Of a DNA stretch of 64,000 nucleotides, positions 29,150-38,772 are shown in pieces. The notes beneath the pieces were generated by a model. That model searched no databases, was not told the origin of the DNA, and was given only the letters and a program-made list of their open reading frames with translations. This DNA comes from a virus. The number at the start of each line of letters is the position of its first letter. Position 1 is the first letter of the stretch. The stretch is taken from the IMG/VR virus record IMGVR_UViG_3300009104_000008, positions 1 to 64,000 of that record. The stretch is one strand, 5' to 3'. Made by a program: the position numbers and the translations under genes.

Positions 29150-30507
29150 TCTTTTTCCCCCATTTCTTCAAATGCTTCTTTAACATATTTGAATTTCTCT
29201 TCTAATTTATCTTCTGAATAATCATCAGAAATATCATTAACCAATAAAGAACTATCTAATTTTATTCCTCTTAATTTAGCAATATAATATATAAAAGCAT
29301 ACTGTTCTGTTGTGGCCTTTATTTCAGATTGATATTGAGGTTTCTGTAAATCTGCTATTCCAATTTCTAATTTTGGTTTCTTCTTTTCTTCACCAAATAA
29401 TTCTTCATATTCTTCTGGTTCAATTTCATCAGGAACAACATTGTAATAGTATTCCACTTCTTCTTCATCGTCTAATAAATCAAGTAGTCTCATTTCAATT
29501 GTTTCTCCATAATCTAAAAGTGTATTTTCTTTTATATTAAAGTAAAATTTAATTTCATCAAAACCTGCACTAGGATTTAGTGCCTTTTCAATATCTTTTA
29601 ATAATTTAGATAAACTAAGGTTAAAGAAATCATGTATTTTAACTTCTTCTGCAAACTTAAATCGCCTTGTTTTCATACCTACATCTTTTAATATAGCCTT
29701 AAATATTTCTATTCCTGTTTCACCATCAAATTCATCATTTAAAATAGCAAGAGTTGATTGTGCTAATTTACCATCTTCATAATTTTTTAAGAAAATATCA
29801 ATTGTTTTTTGTGAATTAAAACCAGAAGAATTAGACAAGTCTGTATAATGACCATACCAATTTTCTTTTAAATCACTTATTGCATATTCTTTAATTACTT
29901 TTTCTAACTTATTATTGAAATTAGTAAAGTCTTTCTTTTCAGGTTTTATACTTCTTTTATATCTCTTAATAAATTCCTTCAAAGTTCCTATGGCTTTATC
30001 TATCTCTTTAACAATTTTAGGATTTTCAATTAATAAATCTGCTATATCATCTGATACAAATTCACGAAGAGAATCAGGATTGTCTAATCTTCCTTCATTT
30101 AACACAATCAAATATGTATCTGGAATTTTATTTATCTCATTTAATACAGAAGAAAACACATCTATGTGATTGTTAATAGCAACAATAAGAGAATCTTTAT
30201 CCAAAACCTTTGGTGCAAGTTCTCCTGTTTTTGTATTTATTTTTCGCTCATTAGCATATTTTCCTTTTCTAGAAGGAACAACCATTAAATCGCTATCTGT
30301 AAATTTTCTTCTAACCTTTCCCATAAAGGAATCTGGAGTATTGTTTATTGTCCTTTCTAAATTGCGAATAAAATGTGGTTCTATATCCAACTCATCTCTT
30401 AATATATCTTTAACATTACCACTAAGTTCTTTTAAGATTTCATCTGAAGCAGGTCGGGAAATCTCCCTAAATAGTTCTGCTTTAGATAAAACTGGCATAT
30501 TCACCAC
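29146..30507 (-). CDS. Hypothetical protein (453 aa)
   Basis: Long charged ORF in operon. Confidence 0.7.
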   Translation of the reverse strand: MVNMPVLSKAELFREISRPASDEILKELSGNVKDILRDELDIEPHFIRNLERTINNTPDSFMGKVRRKFTDSDLMVVPSRKGKYANERKINTKTGELAPKVLDKDSLIVAINNHIDVFSSVLNEINKIPDTYLIVLNEGRLDNPDSLREFVSDDIADLLIENPKIVKEIDKAIGTLKEFIKRYKRSIKPEKKDFTNFNNKLEKVIKEYAISDLKENWYGHYTDLSNSSGFNSQKTIDIFLKNYEDGKLAQSTLAILNDEFDGETGIEIFKAILKDVGMKTRRFKFAEEVKIHDFFNLSLSKLLKDIEKALNPSAGFDEIKFYFNIKENTLLDYGETIEMRLLDLLDDEEEVEYYYNVVPDEIEPEEYEELFGEEKKKPKLEIGIADLQKPQYQSEIKATTEQYAFIYYIAKLRGIKLDSSLLVNDISDDYSEDKLEEKFKYVKEAFEEMGEKE

Positions 30508-30740
30508 TTATTTTCAGTTCGCCTTTTTTTCTTAGGCATTAGTATAACATCAGGAATATCATTAGAATCTGGAATCTTTTTCTCAACAGTTGTAGATATA
30601 TCAATACCTACTGCGTCTAAATTCCGATTTATTTCTACTCTGTTATTATTGTGCATTTCTGCTCTTGCGTCTGCTAATTGCTTTTCTAATTCTTTTACTT
30701 TTGTTTCATCCATAATCTCACCTATTTCTTTTTTCTTCAT
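30501..30740 (-). CDS. Hypothetical protein
   Basis: In operon. Confidence 0.6.
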   Translation of the reverse strand: MKKKEIGEIMDETKVKELEKQLADARAEMHNNNRVEINRNLDAVGIDISTTVEKKIPDSNDIPDVILMPKKKRRTENKW

Positions 30741-30978
30741 TTAAATTTCTTGTTGCCCTATCAATTAAACTTTGTTTTGGTTTAGGAAAATTACTAGCAT
30801 ATCTAGCATCAGGCAATGCAGGGCTTAAAGGGTTTTGAGTATACATTAAACAACTCCCATTATCACTAATAGTTACTTCTGACAAAGAACATTTAAATCC
30901 TTTATTATGTTTACATTTAGAAGCATAACAAACTGTTACTCGGCATTCAGCCTTATTTACTATATCTTTCCAACTCAT
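30718..30978 (-). CDS. Cys-rich small protein, W-tag family
   Basis: MSWKDIVNKA then C...C...CKHN...C...C (DUF1540-like spacing). Confidence 0.65.
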   Translation of the reverse strand: MSWKDIVNKAECRVTVCYASKCKHNKGFKCSLSEVTISDNGSCLMYTQNPLSPALPDARYASNFPKPKQSLIDRATRNLNEEKRNR

Positions 30979-30979
30979 A

Positions 30980-32632
30980 TTAACCTACTCTCCTTTCAGT
31001 TCTTTTATCCACATTTTCATTTCCAGCGTCTTTAGGTAAACCGCTAAATCTCTTGTCTGGCCCTACATTCATAGAGGGTTTATTCCTTGTGGCTGGCGGG
31101 TTCTCTTGGGGCTTACTTTTATTACCGGATAATGCTTCTTCTTGAAGTTGTCCTAATTGGGATGCATCTACATTAGTTCCTGCATAAGGGTCTGTTTCAA
31201 CTTCTCCCTCTTCTTCTTTTGGCCCTTGCATTTCAGGCTCAGGTTTAGTATAAGAAAATCTACCTTCATCATCCATTTCTATTTCAAATCCTAAATTTTT
31301 AATTGATGCAGCAATATTAACTTGCATTTCTCTTAACCTTAATTTAGCCATTTCATCTTCTTCTTCGGATGGTGGAAGTTTTAATTTCCAATCAGTAACT
31401 CCAAATTCTTTAGTTACAAAGGGGAATACATAATTATTCCAAATTGTCTGAGCCATTTCTACTGCTCGATTAGTAACAAGTATCTGCATACCTTCATTAT
31501 TTAGCCCACCGCTTGCAGAGTTATCGGCCATGAAGATTTTACTTACACCATAAAAACCAGAAACTCTATCCCTTAAGTCATCCTTCACAGATACATAATC
31601 CATTTCTTTTAGGCTATCCATGAATTTAATCCATTCAATAGACCCTTTCCCACCCTCTGATTCTATTCCCATGACAGGGATAAAGTGAGGGTCTTGTTCC
31701 ATCTTCTCTTTGACTCCACGCCAAAATGATTTCATAGATTCAATGTTTCTAGTTTGAACTGCTAACAATCCTCTCGGCATTCTTGCCTTAGTATAAGATG
31801 AATTGATATAGTTATCCATAGCAATTAAAGTGGTAACGCTATTCCATAATGTAATTATAGGAGATAGACCATATAAACGGCTTGGTGTATATTTACTAAA
31901 GTGTAATACTTCTCCTTCTAAGAAATATTGTTCTTCCCCGTTTACTCTATTAACATAATGAATAGGATAAAGAACACTTGTATCGCAATGCTGGCAACGC
32001 CCTACCGCATCGTCTGAAATAAAATCACGATGCCTTAAACAAGTAAATCCGTTATTCCCCCGCTCTCCTTTTTCATCAGCATAAATATGCATTGTTACGG
32101 GGTCGCCTCGATATACTTCATTAATGCGATGCATTGCGATTTCTGAATCGTTATCTAAGAAATATTCCTTTACTAGCACTAAATAAGCATCATCCATTAT
32201 GTTCAAATCATCTTCCATTTCTTTGAGAACATCAATAAACATTTGTTCTGAACTATTTATATATCCATCTAATAATTTTAGAACATATTTAAGTTGTTTA
32301 GGGTCGGGTTTACTTAACTTAGTCGAACCACATTCCACACATTCTACAGTAGGGGCTTGGTGTTCTTTACAACAACTATCACATTTAACTACGAATTTTT
32401 CTTCCCAAAAATAACCTCGCCTAAATACTTCATTCTTAAGTTGAGTTACACAAGTTCTAACAACAACAGATTGATTTGCTATATGATAAATAACTGGAGA
32501 AGTTAACATATAGGAGTTGTCTTTCTCTTGAATTCCCGGATTAAACACTTTCCTATCTACGGGCGTAGGAGTGCTTCTTCTGAATAAGTTAGTAATACTA
32601 AACCTACGCTTTTCTTCTACCATAGTTGCCAC
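30980..32632 (-). CDS. Portal protein
   Basis: EVLHFSKYTPSRLYGLSPI, MPRGLL, RVSGFYGVSKIFM portal motifs; two Cys/His insertions. Confidence 0.9.
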   Translation of the reverse strand: MATMVEEKRRFSITNLFRRSTPTPVDRKVFNPGIQEKDNSYMLTSPVIYHIANQSVVVRTCVTQLKNEVFRRGYFWEEKFVVKCDSCCKEHQAPTVECVECGSTKLSKPDPKQLKYVLKLLDGYINSSEQMFIDVLKEMEDDLNIMDDAYLVLVKEYFLDNDSEIAMHRINEVYRGDPVTMHIYADEKGERGNNGFTCLRHRDFISDDAVGRCQHCDTSVLYPIHYVNRVNGEEQYFLEGEVLHFSKYTPSRLYGLSPIITLWNSVTTLIAMDNYINSSYTKARMPRGLLAVQTRNIESMKSFWRGVKEKMEQDPHFIPVMGIESEGGKGSIEWIKFMDSLKEMDYVSVKDDLRDRVSGFYGVSKIFMADNSASGGLNNEGMQILVTNRAVEMAQTIWNNYVFPFVTKEFGVTDWKLKLPPSEEEDEMAKLRLREMQVNIAASIKNLGFEIEMDDEGRFSYTKPEPEMQGPKEEEGEVETDPYAGTNVDASQLGQLQEEALSGNKSKPQENPPATRNKPSMNVGPDKRFSGLPKDAGNENVDKRTERRVG

Positions 32633-32678
32633 TCTCCCTTATCAAGACGATAACGCAATTCCATATTAATGTTTGGAT

Positions 32679-34049
32679 TCATATTTCTTCATCCCTATTT
32701 TCCTTAGTAATTACGCCCGACTGTTCTAATTCATCCATAATAGCCATTTTATTATTTTCTTCTAACTTATGAATATTATCAACATCAATATCTAATTCAC
32801 TAAAATCAAATCTAGTATTATCACTATGATTATAGTATTTCATTAATTTATACAATTCTCGTAATCTATTCTTAGACCACTTTTCCTTTTTAAAATGTTT
32901 TTTAATCCTAACTAATTCTAATAGTGCCTGTGCATTTTTAGATTTGAGTTTAAAATGTGGTGCACATTTAGTCAATAAATCATGTATATCTCCTTGTGAA
33001 TAAAAATTTAATCTATTAACTGGTCTAGTATCTTGTGGAGATTTTTGGTCTAAATGCAACCTACCCATACCTAATGATTTATGCATCTCTAACATAAATG
33101 CTTTCCCTCTATCTCCAGTAGCAACTAATCCTACTCTAGGATTAAAATTCTTATCTATAGTAATAAACCCATCTGAATCAATAAATGCTGCGGTATATGC
33201 CCAAATGTTTTTCTTAATAGAATCATCTAATTTATAATATGCTCCATTTACATTTGTTATGTGTTGTGTCTTTGCTAATTTTGCAATCATATTAGGAGTG
33301 CTTTTAGATTGTAAATTAACAGGTAATGCTTCATGCATTTGTCTTGCAGAAATTCCGGGATTATTACAAACAGATTTTAATATTGACTCTTTAATCTTAG
33401 ACTTCATACCAACAGTAGTGCTTTGCTTTCTAATAATTGATTTAAAGTTCTTTTTGCTTTGTGACATTTCTTTATTTAATTTAGCATATTCACCATTAAA
33501 GGGTAAGTCTTTCTGTTCTAATTTAGATTCCCAATATTTACATAGATTATCTATAATTTCTCTTCTTGTAGGCTCATCATAAATATTACCTAGTTTAATT
33601 ATATCTTTTTCACTACAAACCATTTCTTTAACCAGAGGCTTATATTTATGAAGCCAATAAATACTATCAATGCTTTTATCTAAATGGTCAGTATAAGCAT
33701 CTATTAAATTATCAATAGACTTTGTTATATTTATTTTTGTGTCGCCCTTTAATGTTCTTCTAAACATACGCATATCTTTAATTATATCGGGTATATTCTT
33801 ATCCTCAATTATATATTCCTTTAATGGATTCTTTAATATGTTGTTTGCATTAGTGTAAGATAATTTAAACTCTTTAGCATAGTCCTTAACAATAGTAGCA
33901 TGGTCAATAAGAGGTTGCTCTAATAACCATTCTTTACGCTGTAAATCACTTTCAATATCTTTTTGTTCCTCAGTCAATCTCTCGACTTCTTCAACCTTAT
34001 CTGCTAATTCTCTTAATTTTTGAGACTTTTCTCCGACCATCTTATTCAC
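32679..34049 (-). CDS. Multidomain protein with C-terminal LAGLIDADG endonuclease domain
   Basis: WAYTAAFIDSDGFITI motif and LLTKCAPHFKLK; N-terminal coiled coil and wHTH-like NNPGISARQM. Confidence 0.8.
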   Translation of the reverse strand: MNKMVGEKSQKLRELADKVEEVERLTEEQKDIESDLQRKEWLLEQPLIDHATIVKDYAKEFKLSYTNANNILKNPLKEYIIEDKNIPDIIKDMRMFRRTLKGDTKINITKSIDNLIDAYTDHLDKSIDSIYWLHKYKPLVKEMVCSEKDIIKLGNIYDEPTRREIIDNLCKYWESKLEQKDLPFNGEYAKLNKEMSQSKKNFKSIIRKQSTTVGMKSKIKESILKSVCNNPGISARQMHEALPVNLQSKSTPNMIAKLAKTQHITNVNGAYYKLDDSIKKNIWAYTAAFIDSDGFITIDKNFNPRVGLVATGDRGKAFMLEMHKSLGMGRLHLDQKSPQDTRPVNRLNFYSQGDIHDLLTKCAPHFKLKSKNAQALLELVRIKKHFKKEKWSKNRLRELYKLMKYYNHSDNTRFDFSELDIDVDNIHKLEENNKMAIMDELEQSGVITKENRDEEI

Positions 34050-34057
34050 CTCATGCT

Positions 34058-35497
34058 TTAAAAATTTAAACCCAATAAACCCGCATTTGGGGCAGTTTGT
34101 TGGCTAGTTGGGCCATCGAATATCCCTATGTCATCGAGCAGTATGAAGGTATCTGTAGCCACTTGAGAAGCGGCGTTAGCAAGTGCTAATCCCATCACCA
34201 AATCGTCATGCGCACCTACTCCTTCAAACCTTCCAGATTCAGTAATAGAGAACATTGAGAGTTCTTCTATTAATGCGCTTGTCATTTTTTTGCTATTATT
34301 ATCCCCATAAGGGAAGATTAACTTACCATTTTCAATGTTCATTTGTAAGTTGAGAATTATCTCCTGTTTCTTTTTTCTAGTTGTATTAAAATCCTTAATA
34401 TTCAAATCAGATATATTTCGTAATTCTTGAGTAAATGCCTTAGCAAAGGTATTAGTTTCATATAATATTGCTTCGGGTTGATAGAGTTTCCCAATTAATC
34501 TAATTTTTTCTATATTTTCTCTAAACTCTACATTCTTAGACCTATCAACATGAACAATCGCCTTATTCATTTCTTCATCTACTTCTAGCACCATAATTAC
34601 ATTATAGTCACCATCAGTAGATATAGCAGGGTCTACACCAACATAATATTTATATCCCTTATCCCTTCTATTGCCTAACTTAAGTATATATTCTTTATTC
34701 TTACAAGCATTAACATAGTCAGGGTCGAATAAAGCAGTTCCGGTTGATACAGGAATACACAAGTATTCTCTTGTGAATTTCAACGAGCCTATTTCTGACT
34801 TTCTTTGCATTAAAGCATCATAAGCCCAACGCTCAGGCCATAGTGGTTCATTAAGGGAATTTAGACAAGGGTATTTCCTTACAGTATAGGCTTCATTTTC
34901 TTCTAATTGTGAGAAAATATCAGTATATGTAAAGGGAGTGCCTATCATTCTTAATGAAGCAGTATGATGAAGAGTAGGAATCATATCTCCAAAGAACCAA
35001 TCTGTTACTCTTTGAATACCCGACATACTAAACTCCTTCAAGGGGTCGTCAATAATAATCTCTTGAGGGTGAAGACCACGAATCTGAGAACCGATTGAAC
35101 GCTCTAATATAGCATTACCATTAGTTAATTGAATATTTCCGATAGCCCATCCTCTTGAAGGTTTATATTTTTTAAGGGCTGGTAAGTTAAAGTATCTATC
35201 AATCTCTCTCATATGAACAAGTGTCTGCTTTTGGTTAGAGGATATGTATAGCATTTGAAATGGGGGCTCTTCAAACACTAATTTCCAAACTACCCATGAA
35301 TGCATAAATACTGATTTTCCGTGGTCACGACTACATACAATTACAGTTCTATCAGTTGTTTCCATTAATTCTTTCCACTCTTGCATATAGTCAGGATATT
35401 GCATTCCTAATACATTTTGAAAGAAATATGGGAATGAATTTTTAGATAACTCCATGTCCATTGCAGACATAAAATCTAATTGCGCTACTTCAGCCAT
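34058..35497 (-). CDS. terL: Terminase large subunit
   Basis: Walker A SRDHGKS, Walker B IIIDD, IGTP, nuclease YVGVDPA and HDDLVM. Confidence 0.92.
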   Translation of the reverse strand: MAEVAQLDFMSAMDMELSKNSFPYFFQNVLGMQYPDYMQEWKELMETTDRTVIVCSRDHGKSVFMHSWVVWKLVFEEPPFQMLYISSNQKQTLVHMREIDRYFNLPALKKYKPSRGWAIGNIQLTNGNAILERSIGSQIRGLHPQEIIIDDPLKEFSMSGIQRVTDWFFGDMIPTLHHTASLRMIGTPFTYTDIFSQLEENEAYTVRKYPCLNSLNEPLWPERWAYDALMQRKSEIGSLKFTREYLCIPVSTGTALFDPDYVNACKNKEYILKLGNRRDKGYKYYVGVDPAISTDGDYNVIMVLEVDEEMNKAIVHVDRSKNVEFRENIEKIRLIGKLYQPEAILYETNTFAKAFTQELRNISDLNIKDFNTTRKKKQEIILNLQMNIENGKLIFPYGDNNSKKMTSALIEELSMFSITESGRFEGVGAHDDLVMGLALANAASQVATDTFILLDDIGIFDGPTSQQTAPNAGLLGLNF

Positions 35498-35501
35498 ATA
35501 A

Positions 35502-36053
35502 TCATCTCCTATATATTAATACTTTATTACCATGCTTAAGAGTCATCCACCAATTATTAAGTTTCAACTTTTGTAATGCGCCAATAGTGCCGTTTGCCTT
35601 TGCTTCTTCTAATTCATCTAAAATATCTTCTGGTAATTTTTCTTCATTGATTTCTTTAAAACCATACTGTCTATATTTTTCCATTGCTTTAGGGTGTGAA
35701 AAGGCTACCACCATTGTTTTACTTCCTTTTTGTTTTAATAATTCATTAAGAAGCAAATCGAATACTCCATCATATCCATCGCTTTTTCTATATCCCCTTC
35801 TAACATGAACGCCAGAACCCAATAAGAAATTTTGAAACTTAGAAAAACCTACTACGCCAATTGGTTGTTCCGTTTTTGTTAAAAACGCAACAAATTGTGT
35901 TTCAGGTGAATTAGCAAATATTCCATCAGTAGGTAACTTCTGGTATCTATTTATTCTAGTTTTATATTCATTATACCCATCATCCTGAAATACCTTAACG
36001 GCATTTTCTTCAGACATATCTTCAAAATATATGTCTTCTTGAGTAAGTTTCAT
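35502..36053 (-). CDS. GNAT-like acetyltransferase, C-terminal W-tag
   Basis: PIGVVG, GVHVRRGYRK, AMEKYRQYGFKE; near C-terminus NWWMTLKH. Confidence 0.6.
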   Translation of the reverse strand: MKLTQEDIYFEDMSEENAVKVFQDDGYNEYKTRINRYQKLPTDGIFANSPETQFVAFLTKTEQPIGVVGFSKFQNFLLGSGVHVRRGYRKSDGYDGVFDLLLNELLKQKGSKTMVVAFSHPKAMEKYRQYGFKEINEEKLPEDILDELEEAKANGTIGALQKLKLNNWWMTLKHGNKVLIYRR

Positions 36054-36057
36054 TTAA

Positions 36058-38772
36058 TCACCTAAAGTTTGCTTTAATAAAATACACCACTTCAGCAGAA
36101 ACACCGTGTTTTCTACCTATGTCTTTGTATGCACCAAATTCAGAATTAATATTTTCTACATCTAAAGCAGTTAAATTAATATTATAATCCTCTTTAGCAA
36201 CATCAATTGTTTTAGTTATATCATCAAAACTATCAATGTTTCCTAATCCATAATATATAGGTTTATTTATCATCTTTCGTATTGAATCATGAGCCTCAAG
36301 AATTTTATATTCTAAATCACTTTTAATTAATAATTTCTTTCTAATAAGATTATCATAAGCCTGAATAACTCGGCCTATTAAATCTTCATCTTTTGTTTCT
36401 CCTTCTTCGGTTGCTGCACCACGACCTAATCCTTTATCTTGTTTTCTTCCCGATAAATGTTTATCAGTTCTAAATAATGACTCTTGTTTCTTTATGGTTT
36501 TAATTAAAGCCGCAAGCGGATAAATTTGTGCTTCTCTTTTACTTTGATATTTCTTATATAGTTTATTTACATTTACACCATTAAATTCTAAATCAACATC
36601 AAGGTTATTCTTAGCACGAATCTCATAAAGAGATGCTCCAAATTCTTCAGCAATATCATCTGTATGTTGGAAATCATATATTCTATCTAATTGCTTTGCT
36701 AGTTGTTCCATTGAAATTTTAATTCCCTGTAAATTTTCTCCAACTTTAATATTTCCTAACTGAGTTAATAAATTTGCTATCTGTTTTAACGCCTTTTTTG
36801 GCAGTATTGCTGTTCCCATATCATTCATTCTATGGGTTAAAGTAGATAAAGCATCACCAGTAGATTCTGCATTTTCTGTTATAACTTTTAATTGCTTATT
36901 AGTTATAAACGCAAATTCAGTTTCATCAAAAGGCATATATTCGCTTTGTAATGGCCTAACCATAGAAGAATAAAGCACATCAATAAGTTCTTTTAATTGT
37001 TCTATAAGAGCATCAACGCTTTCATCAGAACTTTGCTGTCTACCCCTATCAAAAATATCTGCTAGGCCTTCTCCCTTTCTTCTAGCAACAAAAGATTGAT
37101 ACTTGGTTCTTCTTGCGCTTTTTTCTCCCACTTTACCAGAAGAAATATCAGTAGCAAGTTCGCTCCTACTTTTCCCACCCAAATCATATAATTGTGTAAC
37201 TAATTCAAAATAGGTCTTTAATTTCTTTTCAATTTGTTTTTCTCTTGGTATTTTAAATTCAGACATAACCTTATCAGTTAATGGTAAATAATAATTTGCA
37301 TCTGCTTCTCCAGAAAATGCTTCTCTACTTAAACCCTCAATATATTTATCTAATTCTTCTAATTCACTTTCATCTAATTCAACAGTTAATCTTTTACTTG
37401 CTGATTTTATTCTCCTGTGTATTTTAGATATATCTTTTTTAAACATCGGAACTCTATCAAATGCTCCTTGTGACCAAGCATAATAAAATAGCGGGTCAGT
37501 TTCCTTTGTTGTTTTGATATTATTTATCCCATCTAATATTGATTTGACCTTTTCAGTAGTGGGCATTATTTCTGCCCTTTCAGTTTCAGTTCGGGTTTCT
37601 TCTACTCCTTTACCCCTTGCTGTTATAGCACCCTCTTCTGGGTCTTTATCTATATCTTCATCATCAGCAAAAACAAACTCAACATCATTAGAATCAATTG
37701 ATAAAAAGTCTTCTAATAAAATTGCTGCTGTATAATTTAAATTGTCTTTATCTACTTTTTGCTTTGGAACACTAACAATATAATTATCTGCTTCTGTTAA
37801 TTTATTAGCCTCAATTTCTTTAATTAAATCAACAATTATTGTTTCTTCTGCATCTGCTAATATTTTTAATAAACCTTTTAATGCCCTATTTTGGATATAA
37901 ATAAAATCATCAAATGATTTATGTTTCTGCCGCCAATATTCATAAATTTTATCTCTCCTATCAAATGACTTTAGAGATAATGAACCAACTAATAAATCAA
38001 CTTCGCTTGTTTTTATTTCATGTTTATTAGCACCAGCAATATATTTTAATTTAGACACGAATGGCTTAAGTCTACTTGCAAGTGTAGTATATTGATTCAT
38101 AGTTTCTGTTAATACATCAATGTCTAATTTAATGTTATCGCGGGTTGAATATTCTGTTTTCCCAAATTCATTAAGTGTTATTTCATGAACTGATACAGGA
38201 GAAACTCGCTTTAGTTTTTCATATGAAATTTTCATTCCTCTCACTTTAAATTTCTTAAGCACATCTTTAATTGCATCTTTTTGAACTTGTGATGAAGTAA
38301 TCGGCCCTATATCCTTATAAGAAGCAGATAATAAATTGTAAAATACAATTTGTAATTCTCTCTTTTTTGATGTAGCCATTAGTGTTAAATTATAACTATC
38401 TAACATATCTCTAACCATAGATTTGTATTTATGTATATCTGCTTCTTGAATACTTGATTTACCTTCTAATATTTTAGCAAGAACTTGAGGGGTAATAATT
38501 AGTTTATTGCCGCTACTATCAACTTGAATTAAACCCTCTGGTTTTTTAGATTCAACATCTGCAATAGACACACTTAGATACTTAGCAGATTTATCTTTAA
38601 ATATAGTGGATAATAATTCTCTTTTATTAGGCCTAAATCTTCCCTCTAATATTTCTGGATAAGTTTGTTTTAAATAATCATTAATTCCTCTATCATCTGT
38701 AAGATACATCTCTAATATTTTATCAACTGCCTCATGGTCAGTTTTTATTTGGTTATATATTGCTTGTGTCAT
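36058..38772 (-). CDS. Large hypothetical protein (904 aa), possible C-terminal HTH
   Basis: Charged and helical; ends YKDIGRKHGVSAEVVYFIK. Confidence 0.7.
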   Translation of the reverse strand: MTQAIYNQIKTDHEAVDKILEMYLTDDRGINDYLKQTYPEILEGRFRPNKRELLSTIFKDKSAKYLSVSIADVESKKPEGLIQVDSSGNKLIITPQVLAKILEGKSSIQEADIHKYKSMVRDMLDSYNLTLMATSKKRELQIVFYNLLSASYKDIGPITSSQVQKDAIKDVLKKFKVRGMKISYEKLKRVSPVSVHEITLNEFGKTEYSTRDNIKLDIDVLTETMNQYTTLASRLKPFVSKLKYIAGANKHEIKTSEVDLLVGSLSLKSFDRRDKIYEYWRQKHKSFDDFIYIQNRALKGLLKILADAEETIIVDLIKEIEANKLTEADNYIVSVPKQKVDKDNLNYTAAILLEDFLSIDSNDVEFVFADDEDIDKDPEEGAITARGKGVEETRTETERAEIMPTTEKVKSILDGINNIKTTKETDPLFYYAWSQGAFDRVPMFKKDISKIHRRIKSASKRLTVELDESELEELDKYIEGLSREAFSGEADANYYLPLTDKVMSEFKIPREKQIEKKLKTYFELVTQLYDLGGKSRSELATDISSGKVGEKSARRTKYQSFVARRKGEGLADIFDRGRQQSSDESVDALIEQLKELIDVLYSSMVRPLQSEYMPFDETEFAFITNKQLKVITENAESTGDALSTLTHRMNDMGTAILPKKALKQIANLLTQLGNIKVGENLQGIKISMEQLAKQLDRIYDFQHTDDIAEEFGASLYEIRAKNNLDVDLEFNGVNVNKLYKKYQSKREAQIYPLAALIKTIKKQESLFRTDKHLSGRKQDKGLGRGAATEEGETKDEDLIGRVIQAYDNLIRKKLLIKSDLEYKILEAHDSIRKMINKPIYYGLGNIDSFDDITKTIDVAKEDYNINLTALDVENINSEFGAYKDIGRKHGVSAEVVYFIKANFR

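Noticed and set aside
32679-35497. Intein or group I intron in terminase or portal
   Set aside because: Both genes look intact; the LAGLIDADG ORF is separate with no splicing motifs.
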